From Octopus sinensis (taxonomy: Eukaryota), in assembly GCF_006345805.1 (NCBI RefSeq), contig NC_043011.1, positions 17,372,464 to 17,436,463 of the forward strand: a DNA stretch of 64,000 nucleotides, in the 5' to 3' direction. A program made the translations under genes and the position numbers. Positions 25,155 through 39,234 of the stretch are shown here, piece by piece; positions within the stretch are counted from its first letter, which is position 1, and every line of letters starts with the position of its first letter. Under the pieces are notes generated by a model. The model did no database searches. It worked only from the letters and a program-made list of their open reading frames with translations, and was not told the DNA's origin.

Positions 25155-25294
25155 CAGTAGTTTTATTTTTATAGCGTGCTTTCACTTCACTACCGAGCGC
25201 AGCTCTGTGTGCCTTGGGTATGTGCTGTGATTTGTTGTGATGCTCTGATGGTTATTGTATGGAAAGTGTTCTGCGTAGGATGTGTGCAGTGCCT
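25155..25294 (-). mobile_element. 140-bp 5'-truncated 3' end of the Dong-like LINE in an (ATT)n tract
   Basis: Reverse complement nearly identical to 38827-38971 (...gtagtgaagtgaaagcacgctataaaaataaaactactg). (ATT)n on both sides. Confidence 0.9.
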
Positions 25295-25301
25295 ATTATT
25301 A

Positions 25302-25344
<43 letters not shown>

Positions 25345-25391
25345 CATCATTATTATTATTATTGTTATTATCATCATCATCATCATTATTA

Positions 25392-25433
<42 letters not shown>

Positions 25434-25435
25434 GA

Positions 25436-25544
25436 TACTCTTTACACTTTTACTTGTTTCAGTCACTTGAATGTGGCCATGCTGGAGCAATGCCTTTAGT
25501 CGACCAAATCGACGCCCAAGACTTATTCTTTGTATATATATATA

Positions 25545-25589
<45 letters not shown>

Positions 25590-25768
25590 ATATATATATA
25601 CATATGCATATATACGACGGGCTCCTTTCAGCTTCCATCTATCAAATCCACTCACAAGGCTTTGGTCGACCCGAGGCTATAGAAGAAGAAACTCGCCCAA
25701 GGTGCCACGCAGTGGGACTGAACCCAGAACCATGTGGTTTGTTAGCGAGCTACTTACCACACAGCCAC
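25436..25768 (-). mobile_element. OK-like tRNA-derived SINE
   Basis: Reverse complement of the 53449-53866 family (head ggctgtgtggtaag...ggttcagtcccactgcgtggcaccttgggc; internal (TA)n). Confidence 0.85.
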
Positions 25769-25842
<74 letters not shown>

Positions 25843-25859
25843 TATGCGTCTAGGCCACA

Positions 25860-26695
25860 AATGTCCTAGACACCTACCTGAAAACTGGATGTTAAAACTT
25901 GTCTCAAAACATGAAAACAAGAAAGCATCATACTCAGTAACAAAACAGGCAAAGGAATATCTAAGTAAATTCCAAATACAACAAATTCGGAGTTAGACAT
26001 ACTTGAAACAAGCTCAGAAAAAGCTAAGCGCATGAAAACCCGTGCTAAAACTGCTGCCTTAGATATTATGACTGATAAGTGGCAAGAAAAATCTCTCAGT
26101 GGCAAATACCCAAAGAGAGCGAATAATGCCGATGTTGACAAAGCCTTGACCTATCAATGGCTAATGGCCTCTCGCTTAAAATCTGAAACAGAAGGGTTTA
26201 TCATAGCAGCTCATGATCAATGCCTACCTACAAGGAACTACCAGGCCAACATATTAAAGAACGGTAATAGCACAACATGTCGTATATGTCAACAACAAAA
26301 TGAAACCATCGATCATGTAATCTCAAAGTGCAGTCTTCTTGCACTTATAGAGTATCTCATGATAGAGCTGCACAATATATTCACTGGGTAATTTGCAAAA
26401 GCATGGACTTACCCTTCATAAAAACCGCCTCCAGTACTTGAAAATGATCACATCTCATCCTCTGCAACTTCGCCATTCAAGCTAACAGAAAGATAGATGC
26501 GAATAAGCCAGACATCATATTGAAAGACTTCAGGCAAAGATCATGCCTGCTCATTGATATGACTGTCCCAATCGATATAAACGTATCTGTCAAGACCTAC
26601 CAAAAATTGAACAAATATAAAGATCTTGAAATAGAAATTAGCAAAATGTGGAACCTGAAGACTAAAACAATACCTGTTTTCATAGGTACCCTGGT
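25860..26695 (+). mobile_element. Second R4/Dong-type LINE family, C-terminal part (CCHC finger and RLE endonuclease)
   Basis: WLMASRLKSETEGFIIAAHDQCLPTRNY...CRICQQQNETIDHVISKC...NKPDIILKD...CLLIDMTVP...KYKDLEIEISKMWNLKT. Follows an (AAT)n tract. Confidence 0.9.
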
Positions 26696-26816
26696 ATTTT
26701 TATCGAGACACGATCTCTAGTCAGATTGTCAATCAAGACAGCAGAGCTCTTTATCATCATCATCATCATCATCATCATCATCGTCATCATCATCATCATC
26801 CTTATTATTATTAGTA

Positions 26817-26941
<125 letters not shown>

Positions 26942-27399
26942 GAGTGAGAGAGCAGTTCATGCCATCAAAGTGACACTGGGGTAAAATATACGAAGCCCAA
27001 TATACCCATCATGACTACCCGTCTGATAAGAGTACACCAGACACATGCATCACAACCATATGTGCGCGACATGGTGATCTCATATCAAGATAAACAGCAC
27101 ATGACCTTGCAGGTGGGGCCCAGTTAGAATTTTCTTCAGGTTGAGTAGCCCATTCCGCTCAAACGGTCTCTGAATAAGGGTTGTTTAAGGATGTTGAAAG
27201 AACCGCCCATGTTTCCAGAGGTGAATTATTCAAACCCCAAAGAATCCCTCTCAACACATGGCTATGAAGCTCCCCCACTACTTCTGCTCGTGATCAGAGA
27301 TGCACATATCGTCAGCCACTAAGGGACATGCTCAACTGGTTAAGGTCAAACAACTGACAAGCAAATCTGTGGTATTGAGCAGAATATTTGCTGTAGCAA

Positions 27400-27400
<1 letters not shown>
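26942..27400 (-). mobile_element. 459-bp non-coding element inserted in (ATT)n
   Basis: Pure (ATT)n on both sides, no ORF. Its end recurs at 33438-33533. Confidence 0.7.
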
Positions 27401-27438
<38 letters not shown>

Positions 27439-27486
27439 GTTATTATTATTATTATTATTATTATCATTATTATCATTATTGTTATT

Positions 27487-27660
27487 AACTCGATGAACTG
27501 GCTGAATCTTTAGCGCGTCGGACAAATTGCTTAGCGGCTTTTCGTTCAGTTCTCTACGTGCTGAAGTCGACTTTGCTTTTCCCGTTTTCAGAGTCAATAA
27601 AATAAGCACCAAATAAGCTCCCTCCCAGACTCTTTTCAGCTCTTATGCCCAAACTAGAAA
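27487..27660 (+). mobile_element. Diverged SINE family A copy
   Basis: gaactggctgaatctttagcgcgtcggacaaattgcttagcgg...gtcgactttgctttt resembles the family head and core. Confidence 0.5.
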
Positions 27661-29729
27661 TATAATTGATAGTAGAGTTTTAGAATTTTTAGAATGTGTG
27701 ACAATTACATGCGGCATTTATTACAGTTTTTTTTTTTTACGTTCTGTTCAACGACACACCGGAGTTAGTTGTGCCTTCCGTTCTTCCAGGGTAGTTAAAA
27801 TGAAATACTAATCTGATAGACGTAGCGACGCAATTTACGCTTACATCTACCAAAATTTCTGATATGACTGATATTATGGTTATATATTCCAAGTATGATT
27901 CCCCTAACTTTTTGTACATGTAGGGTTATATTATCCAATGTGTCGGTCCCGATATTTTTAGTGTATCCTGAAACTGAGGAAGATTTGCATGCGATCTCGA
28001 GCATCTTAAATATGCACGTTTAGGCAACCTCGTAATTAAATTTATTAGGAAATAGAACTACGTTTTGATTATGAAGTGATAACTCAGTTCAAGGCACAAA
28101 TATTATGGAATGAGAACCTATTGTTTTTGTCTAGGAATGCTTAAACGATATTTACATCACTTTACTCACAAGCAGGTAAACTAAATAAAATATTCATCTT
28201 GATTCCTTAGATGAATGTTAAGTTATGTTGATAAAAATATACAATGAGCCATACTTGATTCTATGGTTAGAAGACATGGTATTATTTAATGATCTCCGAA
28301 AGTTCATATTTATAACCGAGATTAACTTCTGCACAAATACTTGTAGCTTTCTCTTTTCGCTTGTGCATTATGTTTTCTAAACCGAATTATTTTATACAGA
28401 TTTACCAAATCGTGCATCTTCATATTAACACATGTATTTATTAATGAAAACGTAGGCAGTTCACTAAAACATTTTGCTGTTATTTGATTTTAGGTTATCC
28501 TTAATTACGTAAACGTATATACAGATGCATTTCAGTAACAAAAATCTTGTAACACCTTATTTTCAAGAGGAGAGCTTTGGAAACATATTACTTAATACAG
28601 GCTTCCATTTTTATTAAGACGGGCAGATGTAATTGGAGGTGATTTGGTTACAAGTTCTAGCAGTTGAGCGATCTCGTAGAAGCTTTGTTAATTAGTTGTT
28701 TTTACAATTTAGGGAAACTGTGATATATATCTTTTGCATTGTTACAGTAGAAAATCTGCAGTAAGTTTTCAATGTTACTCACAATTTATGTGAGTACTAA
28801 TCTGTAAATTGAAACAAAAATCGTTATCGCCATGCTGCAATAGATTCATTTATGCATCCTTTTGAATATAATTGGATTCTATAATATTTAACCGTGTATA
28901 GAATTATGATGATATGTTTGTAATTTATTAAGTATTTCATATCACAGTTGATGTGCAACAGTACTGCTGGTCACGGGCAGCCAACAGGATACAATATTTT
29001 TGACAGCAAGCATCTTCGTTTGAAAAGCGCCAGATATTTGGTTTTCATCGCTGCATACAGACACACACATATGCTTACACAAACACACACACACACAAAC
29101 ATACATATACAGAAAGCGATACAGAAATATCTATATCTAGATAGATATTCTTCGGGGTGAAATAACTTACATAGAAAACCAGGTTAGCTATGAGAGAAAA
29201 TTATAAAAACATGAGCAAATCCTTTTAAGATTTTGATGTGTGGAAAACATGGGCGAATCTCCGGAAAAGCGTTTCGCAGATAGAGATTGTACTTTAATGA
29301 AAATATATTCAATTTCCTTCCCCAATATCAGAAAAATATTCATGTGCTTTATATTAAAGTATTTCAAATCATATTTAATTCCTATTACAGTAATGCTTTC
29401 GAATTATTTCAATTTATATCAGTCTTTCTGGTTTAGGTTGTGTTGCTCATAAGAATATACTTTTTATTTAAAAACAGTCCATTAAAGGCACAAACATATG
29501 AATTATACTATAGACTATGACAATAACTCGATTTATGACTCTTTTATATTATCGATCAAAACTGTATGACATGCACTGGGAAAAAATATAGGGTGTGCGA
29601 AAGGGTCCATTAGGAGACACCAATGTAGATTGCTCCGCATATCAACAACATAAAATCTTATTAAATTCTTATAATTTCCTTTCTCATGCAGTTTTCTAAT
29701 CTCTCTCTCTCTCTCTCCCTCTCTCTCTC

Positions 29730-29787
<58 letters not shown>

Positions 29788-29793
<6 letters not shown>

Positions 29794-30126
29794 TTGCAAG
29801 ATTTTTGATGTGAAAATATTACAGGCACTTCCCCCCACACACACACTAACTATACATAGACAGACATAGAGGTATACGCATGCGCAAATGAAGACAATGC
29901 AATAAAAATACAAAATGCAAAATGGCTGACCATTAGAAAGGAGAGACACATAAATAAGAAAGAAGAAAGCAAAGGATCACTGATGAGGTCACAGGAGTGT
30001 GACGAAAGGACCCTGGCCGAAATAAGATTAAGGTTAATGTAAAAAATAAATAACGCTGACGCAAAGTAACACCAAATATATAGTGCGTGTGTTTTTATTG
30101 GCTAAACTGGCAAAATGACCATTCCT
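29788..30126 (+). mobile_element. Dispersed non-coding repeat flanked by TA repeats, copy 2
   Basis: Homologous to 5253-5654 but lacks the segment holding the left inverted arm. Confidence 0.75.
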
Positions 30127-30130
30127 ACAT

Positions 30131-30168
<38 letters not shown>

Positions 30169-33100
30169 TTGAGTGGGTGGGAGTGTGTGCTCAACGAGCT
30201 TCCACATCGTTTATATCAACCAATTTTCTCTCAGAAAGTATTCTTCCTCGCGAACATATATCATAAAATTTTGCTCACCTGCGCAAATTTATCGAATCTA
30301 GAATCGAATTTTTTCAACCACACATCCATTCAAATATCAAAATATAAAGCAGATAGTAATGCAGAGGATAATCATGAAATACACAGCTTCTATAATTACC
30401 TTTTTTTAGATATATTTATTCTTATTCAACTGTCATCACAAAATATTTACATAATATTTGTCTGTTAAGACTGATATAATGTCTGGCTGATGTCATTTTT
30501 GCTGAATTTCATTAATATTTATTGCTGAATTATGCATATACATAGACACATATACATACACATACATACACAAATGAATACACAGTGGCAAGCGCACACA
30601 ATGAAATGAAATACAAAATATGTGTAGCAGTTAGTTTTGACAAAAGGTGATACACACACGAAAAAGCGAAGCTGCAAGTATTTCGGCGATAGATGTACGT
30701 ATTGTACTTTGCTTTACACTTTGCAGTGTTACAAAGCAAGCACGTCAACGTGGTGCTGCTTTATTCATCCTAATTAACTTATTGTTGCTGTCCTCCTTAA
30801 TATTTTGTAGAACCCATGAGAGTAACTTTGAAAACGCTAACCCACTGAACCGATGAAACTAAAAAGAACACGCGCACTTATTTGTAGCAAGCATACTATG
30901 TGTGTACTGATGTCTGCCAAACAAATAATTCACAGGACACAGAAGAAAAGCATGAATAAAAGAATAAGGTATCGTTATTCATTGCAGTTCTGGTAGATTC
31001 GGACGTGAATATCTTGTTTTTTCTAATCGGAGAAAGAGCTTTTCCTTTTGGTTGATGCTTATGCACTTCACTGGTGGATACACATTGTCTAAATGGAAGA
31101 GGTGTTCTCTGATGAGTAAACCAGAATGTATTAATAGTGAATAGAAATGTTATTGTTGCCTAAGTGCTGTTTTCGAAAGTTCCTTATAGGGTGCTGTACT
31201 TTTGTAAAATAGTTGAGAAGCAGTTCGTTGTTCTCTGATTGGATATAGATATTGCTTCTGTCGTTGTTCTTATTGCTGTTGGTGTCGCTTCTCTCTAGTC
31301 TAGTCGGCTTTGACTTGGTGTTTTTCTAAGGTTGTTACAGCGTCGTTGATTTTCTTGTTTTCTTCTATTTTATGGTTTCCTAATAGACCCTGGTTTGATA
31401 TTTGCTGTCTCTGTTGTTATTTCTTTTGCTTCTTTTAATGAAGTTATGTGTTGGTTGGATGTTGTTTCTGTAAGAGGGAGTATTATTTAGTTGTATTGTT
31501 GCTCTTGTTGTTCTTGCGGTGGCAGACTTGTTGGCTGTGTTTTCTGACTCGCCAAATTCTTGAGCGTTCATCAGTGATTCTTGTCGTCTTTGCTCCAAGC
31601 ACGACTTCTTAATGTGTATCCCTTTCCTTGTTGTTATTTAATACTGTTTTCGCAATCTTCTCTTTACTATTGGACACAAATCTCTTAAATAATTTGTACA
31701 GGAAGAACTACAGCATCTTTGTCCAGTGTCTGCAAATATCAAGTAAACCTGTATTTCGTGCAATGATTGCATGTATTGGTAAAAGCGGCATGTCACAGAC
31801 ATATCCCTACATTGTTTACCTTAAACTGCATCTGGTGATGAACAATCTTCCCCCACATTCTACTGTTATTTGGACAAATTATTGTGGCATCATCCTGTTT
31901 TAGTGTGCGACACAAAATGATATTATCCTGGAGTGCACCTTAGAGTCGATATTTTCAAAAGGTCTTTAAAATTTTAAAGATTCAGAGAAATGCAATTTTA
32001 CATGGGTTTTCCAGTTCCCTTTCAATAGCTTATCATCTGGAAGGGATATTGGTGTTTTGTCCCTCGATTTTGACAGTGTAATTCTCTTGGCATTAAGTCC
32101 TCAATTGTCTTGTTAACTGGTCTCTATTATTTGTGCTGACTATCATTTTAGAGTGAAGATCACAGCTATTACTGAATTTGCAGTTACTGGTGGCGGTAGA
32201 ATTTGTGGGGTTAGCCGAGAAATTGTTATTTCTTTTGCTAGTGCTACTGTTGTTTGTGATCTTAATGAAATCCTGCTTCTGGTTCTGTTATTGCTGTCGT
32301 TGCTGAAGCTGATACCGATTGCTTTAAACATTGCATTAGTGGTTGAGGTAGAAGCCGTTAAGTTTCTACAAACTAAAATGATATTATCAATAACTCAAGC
32401 ATTTTAAACATTTCTGTCGCTAGTTTTGCTTGGAGTGGTCGTTGCATGGCTGGCATTACTGACGTTGTTGACTGCTGTAACGTAACAAAGTAGTTATACT
32501 CTGTTTGAATGAGTTAGAGCATCATCACAGTCTATCTTTTTTTCTGTTCCTTCCATAATAGTATTAAGTGTCATTTTTATTATTACCGAAGCATTTGAAA
32601 ACTAAACAAAAAAAGAAATAAAAAACGAAATGCTTTCTTTATGGGGGCTAAAATAGGTAACATGGTGCATCCAATGGCTGCTTAATTCCAAACAAAAGGC
32701 AACAGAAGGAATTAGTTAACTTACTAATGAAAAGTATACACAAAATCGTTACTTTCTGTTGAAGAATAACAATAATTATATCAGCATCTGCAAGAAGATA
32801 AGTCAAAGAAGGGATCTGCAAAAAGGATCAATGTGTTATATATGATGATTAAATACAGAGCCAAAACGCCAAGACCCCGAATCGAATATGAACTGCATTT
32901 AAAAAAAAAACAAAAGTACGCATCGCACTCATATTACGTAGACTATTCTGAACATAAGACGAGAAAAAAAAACCATTGCTCCCTTCCAAAGCAGCACATA
33001 ACGGAGTAAATACTCGTAATTGAAGTATGAATAATTAATAACAAAATAGTATTAACAGCAACAGCAATATTAATAATTGATTTAATTTAGGCAAAACGGA

Positions 33101-33287
33101 AGCAATTTCGGAGAAGATTCAGTTGATTACACCGAATCAACCAGCTCACTAATGACCCATTCTATCGACAACGGATGGAGGAATGGTAACGTTTGCCTCA
33201 GATGTACTTGAATTGAGAGCATAACGAAGTAATCCCGCACGGCATTCTTCTGAGGCTCTAATGTTTTTGCCGGCTCTTCATACTACA

Positions 33288-33355
<68 letters not shown>

Positions 33356-33359
33356 TAAC

Positions 33360-33421
<62 letters not shown>

Positions 33422-33437
33422 TAATAATTATAATAAT

Positions 33438-33533
33438 GTGTACCTTTATCAGACGGGTAGTCATGATGGGTATACTGGGCTTCGTATATTTTACCCCAGT
33501 GTCACTCTGATGACATGAACTGCTCTCACACTC
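33438..33533 (+). mobile_element. 5'-truncated copy of the 459-bp AAT-embedded element
   Basis: Reverse complement of 26942-~27037, with (AAT)n on both sides. Confidence 0.8.
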
Positions 33534-33588
<55 letters not shown>

Positions 33589-33589
<1 letters not shown>

Positions 33590-33815
33590 GGACTGCAAAA
33601 ATACCTACTTCAGAAGCAAGGAAACTGATACAAATAGCGGCATAACACGAGCAAAACAAAGAATTGTTCTCAGTATTTAAGGAAGCTGACAAATACAAAC
33701 AAGAAATCATACCACCTAACAAAGAAGAAGAAGAAGAAGAAGAAGAAGAAGAAGAAGAAGAAGAAGAAGAAGAAGAAGAAGAAGAAGAAGAGAAGAAGAA
33801 GAAGAAGAAGAAGAA

Positions 33816-33854
<39 letters not shown>

Positions 33855-34782
33855 GAAGCAACAACAAAAGCTATAAAGCAAATGAAATCAAAACTAAAAC
33901 TAGAACAGCAACGGACCATGATAAAGCGATGACAAGAAAAGCTCCTTCATGGCAAGTACTGGACTAAACTAAATGCAAAATAAATAAACAAAGAAAAATT
34001 CCAGCAATGGTTGAGAAGCTCAGGACTCAAAGCAGAGACAGAGGGATTTTGAATTTCAGCAGAAGACCAAAGCCTCCCCACCATAAATTACCAAAAACAT
34101 GCAATGAAAAGAAATATAACAAGTAACTGCAGAATATGTGGAGATGGACAAGAAACAATAAATCATATTATCTCTGGCTGCCCACTCCTGGCTAAGAAGG
34201 AATATAATCACAGACACGACAGATTTGGGAGCTACATACACTGGAAGCTATGCCAACATTATGGAATAACAACGGAAAAAAGATGGTATAGGCACACACC
34301 AGAAAAGGTCACAGAAAACGAGAAAGCAGCCATACTCTGGGATATGCTAATACAGACAGATAGAAAAATTAAGGCCAACAGACCAGATATAGTTGTCAGA
34401 GATCATGAAGAAAAAAATGCTTTCTAATTGATGTATCAATACCAGCAGATGACAACGTGTCTCTAAAAGAAATGGAGAAACTTTCAAAATACAAAGACCT
34501 GGAAATAGAGGTAACTCGAATGTGGAATCTAAAAACAGAAACAATTCCTATTATAGTAGGTGCATTAGGCATGATAAAAAAACATTCAGACAAATATATA
34601 ACAAAAACACCAGGACTTACAAACACATATAACATACAGAAAATTGCACTACTAGGCACTGCACACACCCTACGCAAAACAACTTTCAATACAGTAACCA
34701 TCAGAACATCACAACAAAACACAACACATACCCTGCGCTCGGTAGTGAAGTGAAAGCACGTTATTAAAATAAAACTACTGAA
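33589..34782 (+). mobile_element. 5'-truncated Dong-like LINE copy (same family as 35.0-39.0 kb)
   Basis: Colinear with 37864-38971; CRICGDGQETINHIISGC, RPDIVVRD, same 3' UTR; (AAT)n flanks; expanded (GAA)n(GAT)n. Confidence 0.93.
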
Positions 34783-34810
34783 TGATAATAATATAATAAT
34801 AATAATAATA

Positions 34811-34864
<54 letters not shown>

Positions 34865-34904
34865 TAATAATATGATAATAATAATAATAATAATGATAAT
34901 AATA

Positions 34905-34954
<50 letters not shown>

Positions 34955-35004
34955 TAATAATAATAATATAATAATAATAATAATAATAAGAAGAAGAAGA
35001 AGAA

Positions 35005-38000
35005 CACCGGGGGACTTTTAAGATGTAAGAAGGAAAATTCAGAGCTCCGAAACCTATCCACAAACATCGAAAACAAGGACATCCTATGGAGCCAAAGTTT
35101 TACTAACAAAGAATTGGACTGTATCCGAGTAAGTAATACAAATTGAAATTTATTACTATTTTCGAAACGAAATGTTGTATTTTGACTCGATATCATCTCC
35201 ACCTCTAACGCAACACATGTAAACATGCGTGAAACATCACGATCATCTCCGACCCCAAACACCATGTACAAAGGAACTACGAAGAAATTAAATGCCACCG
35301 ATACTATTCAGCCCAAGAATAACAATCGAGCGGTACGTACATTAAACCTACAACAAAAAATGTACGAAAAACTACACGTGCGAAATAATGTGACAACAGA
35401 AATAAACGGACCGGTACCCTACGAAAATGACGACCGTCAAAATAATGGGCCGGACGTTGTACCTCATGTCCCGCAAATAAAACCCAAAAGACGTAAATGG
35501 ACACGTGAGGAATACATTTCTATCTTACACGCCTACTTCACAGCAGTACTCTACCCAAAAAATGAAAATACAACAACACATACATATAAAATATGGAAGG
35601 AAAATAATAGAGATTTAGACTTGGATACAGCAATGAACCCTAATAAATTAGCTAACGTACGAAGATACATTCTCAACACAAAAAAATATCAGAAATAGAA
35701 TTAGAACACCTAAAAGAAAACATACACCAGGAAAATGTAGATAGAAGCCACACAACAATGCCCAATAATATAAACACTGAAACTGTAAAACACGAAGACA
35801 AACGCAACATTCCCAACAAACACGATGTAAACAACGAAGGGGAGCCTAATGATTATGATAATATAAAAAATAAAATAATCAAAGAACTGAAAACCACAGA
35901 GCTCACAATGGACCACCGACCATACCTCCCAAGAATCAAAATAAACAAAATAACAACACCTATTATAAACAGCATAAACCTAGCCGTCACTGAACTGATA
36001 GCCACTGAATAAAAAAAAGTGATATCACTGAGCTAAATAACCTAATATACGCAGCAGCCACTGCAGCCACAAAAGAAGCTGGATACCCACCCAAACCCGC
36101 CCAAACAGGAGTACCACCACCCAAACAAACCCTGTGGATAAATAACATCCAAAGCAAAATAAAAAAAAAAGAAAAGACCTGTCGATTCTTAATGAAATCA
36201 GCAAAGAATCAACGCTACTGAGCAACAAAAAGAGAACAAAAATACTCCGCAAATATAACATCACAGAAAAAGATTTGCCTGAAATAAAAGAAAAGCTGAA
36301 GCAAGATATCCTTGCCAAAGCACAAAGGATCCGCCGGTACAAGAAACGCCAACGCTTCTTTGAAGAAAACAAAAAGTTCAACTCCAACCCCAAAAAGTTC
36401 AACCAAGAACTGGGCAAAAATAAAATAGAAGTCACTGCAGCACCAACGGCAGAAGAATTGGAAGAATTCTGGGGAGAAATATGGTCGGCGAACGAACCAC
36501 CAAAAAAAAGGAGTATCAAAATAACAAACTCGGCATCTGAACAAATTTGGACCCCCATAACAACTGGCACTGCAACAGGCACTGCAAAGACTAAGCAACT
36601 GGAAGGCACCTGGGCATGACAAGATCCCCAACTTCTGGTTGAAATATCTAACAGGAATGCACAAAAAGCTGGCTGAAAACTTTAACAACGTACTAGCAGA
36701 AGCCAGAGACAATGCCTGAATGGCTCACGAAGGGGAAAACCATCTTAATTCCCAAATCAAATGAAACAGAAAAACCAGAAAACTACAGACCAATAACCTG
36801 CCTCCCTACTATGTTCAATGCATTTACTGCAGTGATATCACAAAGGCTGAACAAGCACCTGGACGAAAACAAACTGTTCCCAGAAGAGCAGAAAGGATGC
36901 CGCAAAGGCTCATATGGCTGTAAAGATCAACTAATGATTAATAAAGCCATAACTGAAGACAGTCACAGAAAGAAGAAAGGCCTCAGTATGGCCTGGATTG
37001 ACTACAAAAAGGCGTTTGATAGCATCCCCCACACATGGATCCTCGAAACACTAGCCATTAACAAAGTAGCACCAACAATCATAAAATTCATAGAGCACTC
37101 TATGAATAAATGGCAAACAGTCCTACACCTCCAAACAAAAGAGGGACTCATGAAAACCAAAGACATCCCCATTAGAAGAGGAATATTCCAGGGAGATACG
37201 CTCTCTCCACTCCTTTTCTGCTTGGCACTGTCACCTCTATCTGATATGCTAAATAGAACTGGATGCGGATATAAATGTTACGGCAAAACGATCAGCCACC
37301 TTTTATATATGGATGACCTAAAACTATACGCTGCAAATGACAAACAGCTGGAAACACTATTAAAGACAGTTCATGGATTTACCAAAGAAATAGATATGAA
37401 ATTTGGATTAGAAAAATGCGCCAAAGTAACCATGAAAAGAGGAAAACTAGTTAAGAGTAACAACATCACACTAGATAAAACCAATGAAATAAAAGAATTA
37501 GACCAAAGCCAAACTTACAAATACTTAGGAATCCATGAACTAGATAAGACACAACACACACAAATGAAAGAGAAAATAAAAAAAGAATATTATAGACGAG
37601 TTAGATCAATACTAAACACAGAGCTCAATGCTAAAAACAATAATAGGTATCAACACTTTAGCTGTCCCAGTTATAAGTTACAGCTACAATATCCTTAACT
37701 GGACATGAAATGAACTGACCAAAATAGACAGGAAAACAAGAAAAATAATGACAGGATCTAGGATGCATCACCCAAAATCTGACATAGAAAGACTATATAT
37801 ACAACGTATAGAAGGTGGTAGAGGCCTTATACAGCTGGAAAACTACTATAAAATAACCAACATAGGACTGCAAAAATATCTACTTCAGAAGGAAGGAAAA
37901 CTGATCCAGATAGCGGCAAAACACGAGCAAAACAAAAAACTGTTCTCAGTATTTAAGGAAGCTGACAAATACAAACAAGAAATCATACCACCTAATAAAC

Positions 38001-38971
38001 ATGAAGAAGAAGAAGAAGAAGAAGATGAAGAAACAACAAAAGCTATAAAAAAAATGAAATCCAAACTAAAAATAGAACAGCAACGAACCATGATAAAACG
38101 ATGGCAAGAAAAGCCCCTTCATGGTAAATACTGGACTAAACTAAACGCAAAAGAAATAGACAAAGAAAAATCCCAGCAATGGTTGAGAAGCTCAGGACTC
38201 AAAGCAGAAACAGAGGGATTTTTAATTGCAGCACAAGACCAAAGCCTCCCCACCAGAAATTACCAAAAACATGTAATGAAAAGAAATATTACAAGTAACT
38301 GCAGAATACGTGGAGATGGACAAGAAACAATAAATCATATTATCTCTAGCTGCCCAGTCCGGGCTAAGAAGGAATATATTCACAGACATGACAGAGTTGG
38401 AACTTACATACATTGGAAGCTATGCCAACATTATGGAATAACAACAGAAAAAAGATGGTATAGGCACACACCAGAAAAGGTCACAGAAAACGAGAAAGCA
38501 ACCATACTCTGGGATATGCCGATACACACAGATAGAGAAATTAAGGCCAACAGACCAGATATAGTTGTCAGAGACCATGAAGAAAAAAAATGCTTTCTAA
38601 TTGATGTATCAGTACCGGCAGATGACAACGTGTCTCTAAAAGAAATGGAGAAACTCTCAAAATACAAAGACCTGGAAATAGAGGTAACTAGAATGTGGAA
38701 TCTGAAAACAGAAACAATTCCTATCATAGTAGGTGCATTAGGCATGATAAAAAAATATTCAGACAAATACATAACAAAAACACCAGGACTTACAAACACA
38801 TATAACATACAGAAAATTGCACTACTAGGCAACTGCACACATCCTACGCAGAACACTTTCCATACAATAACCATCAGAGCATCACAACAAATCACAGCAC
38901 ATACCCAAGGCACACAGAGCTGCGCTTGGTAGTGAAGTGAAAGCACGCTATAAAAATAAAAATAAAACTAC
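35005..38971 (+). mobile_element. Near-full-length R4/Dong-clade RLE non-LTR retrotransposon, ORF broken by frameshifts
   Basis: N-terminal RRKWTREEY...; PWIN...; RT NYRPITCL, AWIDYKKAFDS, GIFQGDTLSPLLF, YMDD (37306-37317), YKYLG; finger CRIRGDGQETINHIISSC; endonuclease RPDIVV...LIDVSVP...K..KY. Flanked by (AAT)n/(GAA)n. Confidence 0.97.
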
Positions 38972-39070
<99 letters not shown>

Positions 39071-39082
39071 TAATAATAATAA

Positions 39083-39113
<31 letters not shown>

Positions 39114-39234
39114 AAGAATTACTGGAAGCACAAGGCCTCAAATTTTGGGGAAGGGATTAAGGTGATTGCATCGGCTCCAGTGTGTAACTGTTACTAATTT
39201 TATCAACCCCGAAAGAATGCAAATTCGACCTAAA

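Noticed and set aside
35005-35120. HDV-like ribozyme at the Dong 5' end
   Set aside because: It would be expected by analogy with R2/R4, but I could not build the nested double pseudoknot by eye.
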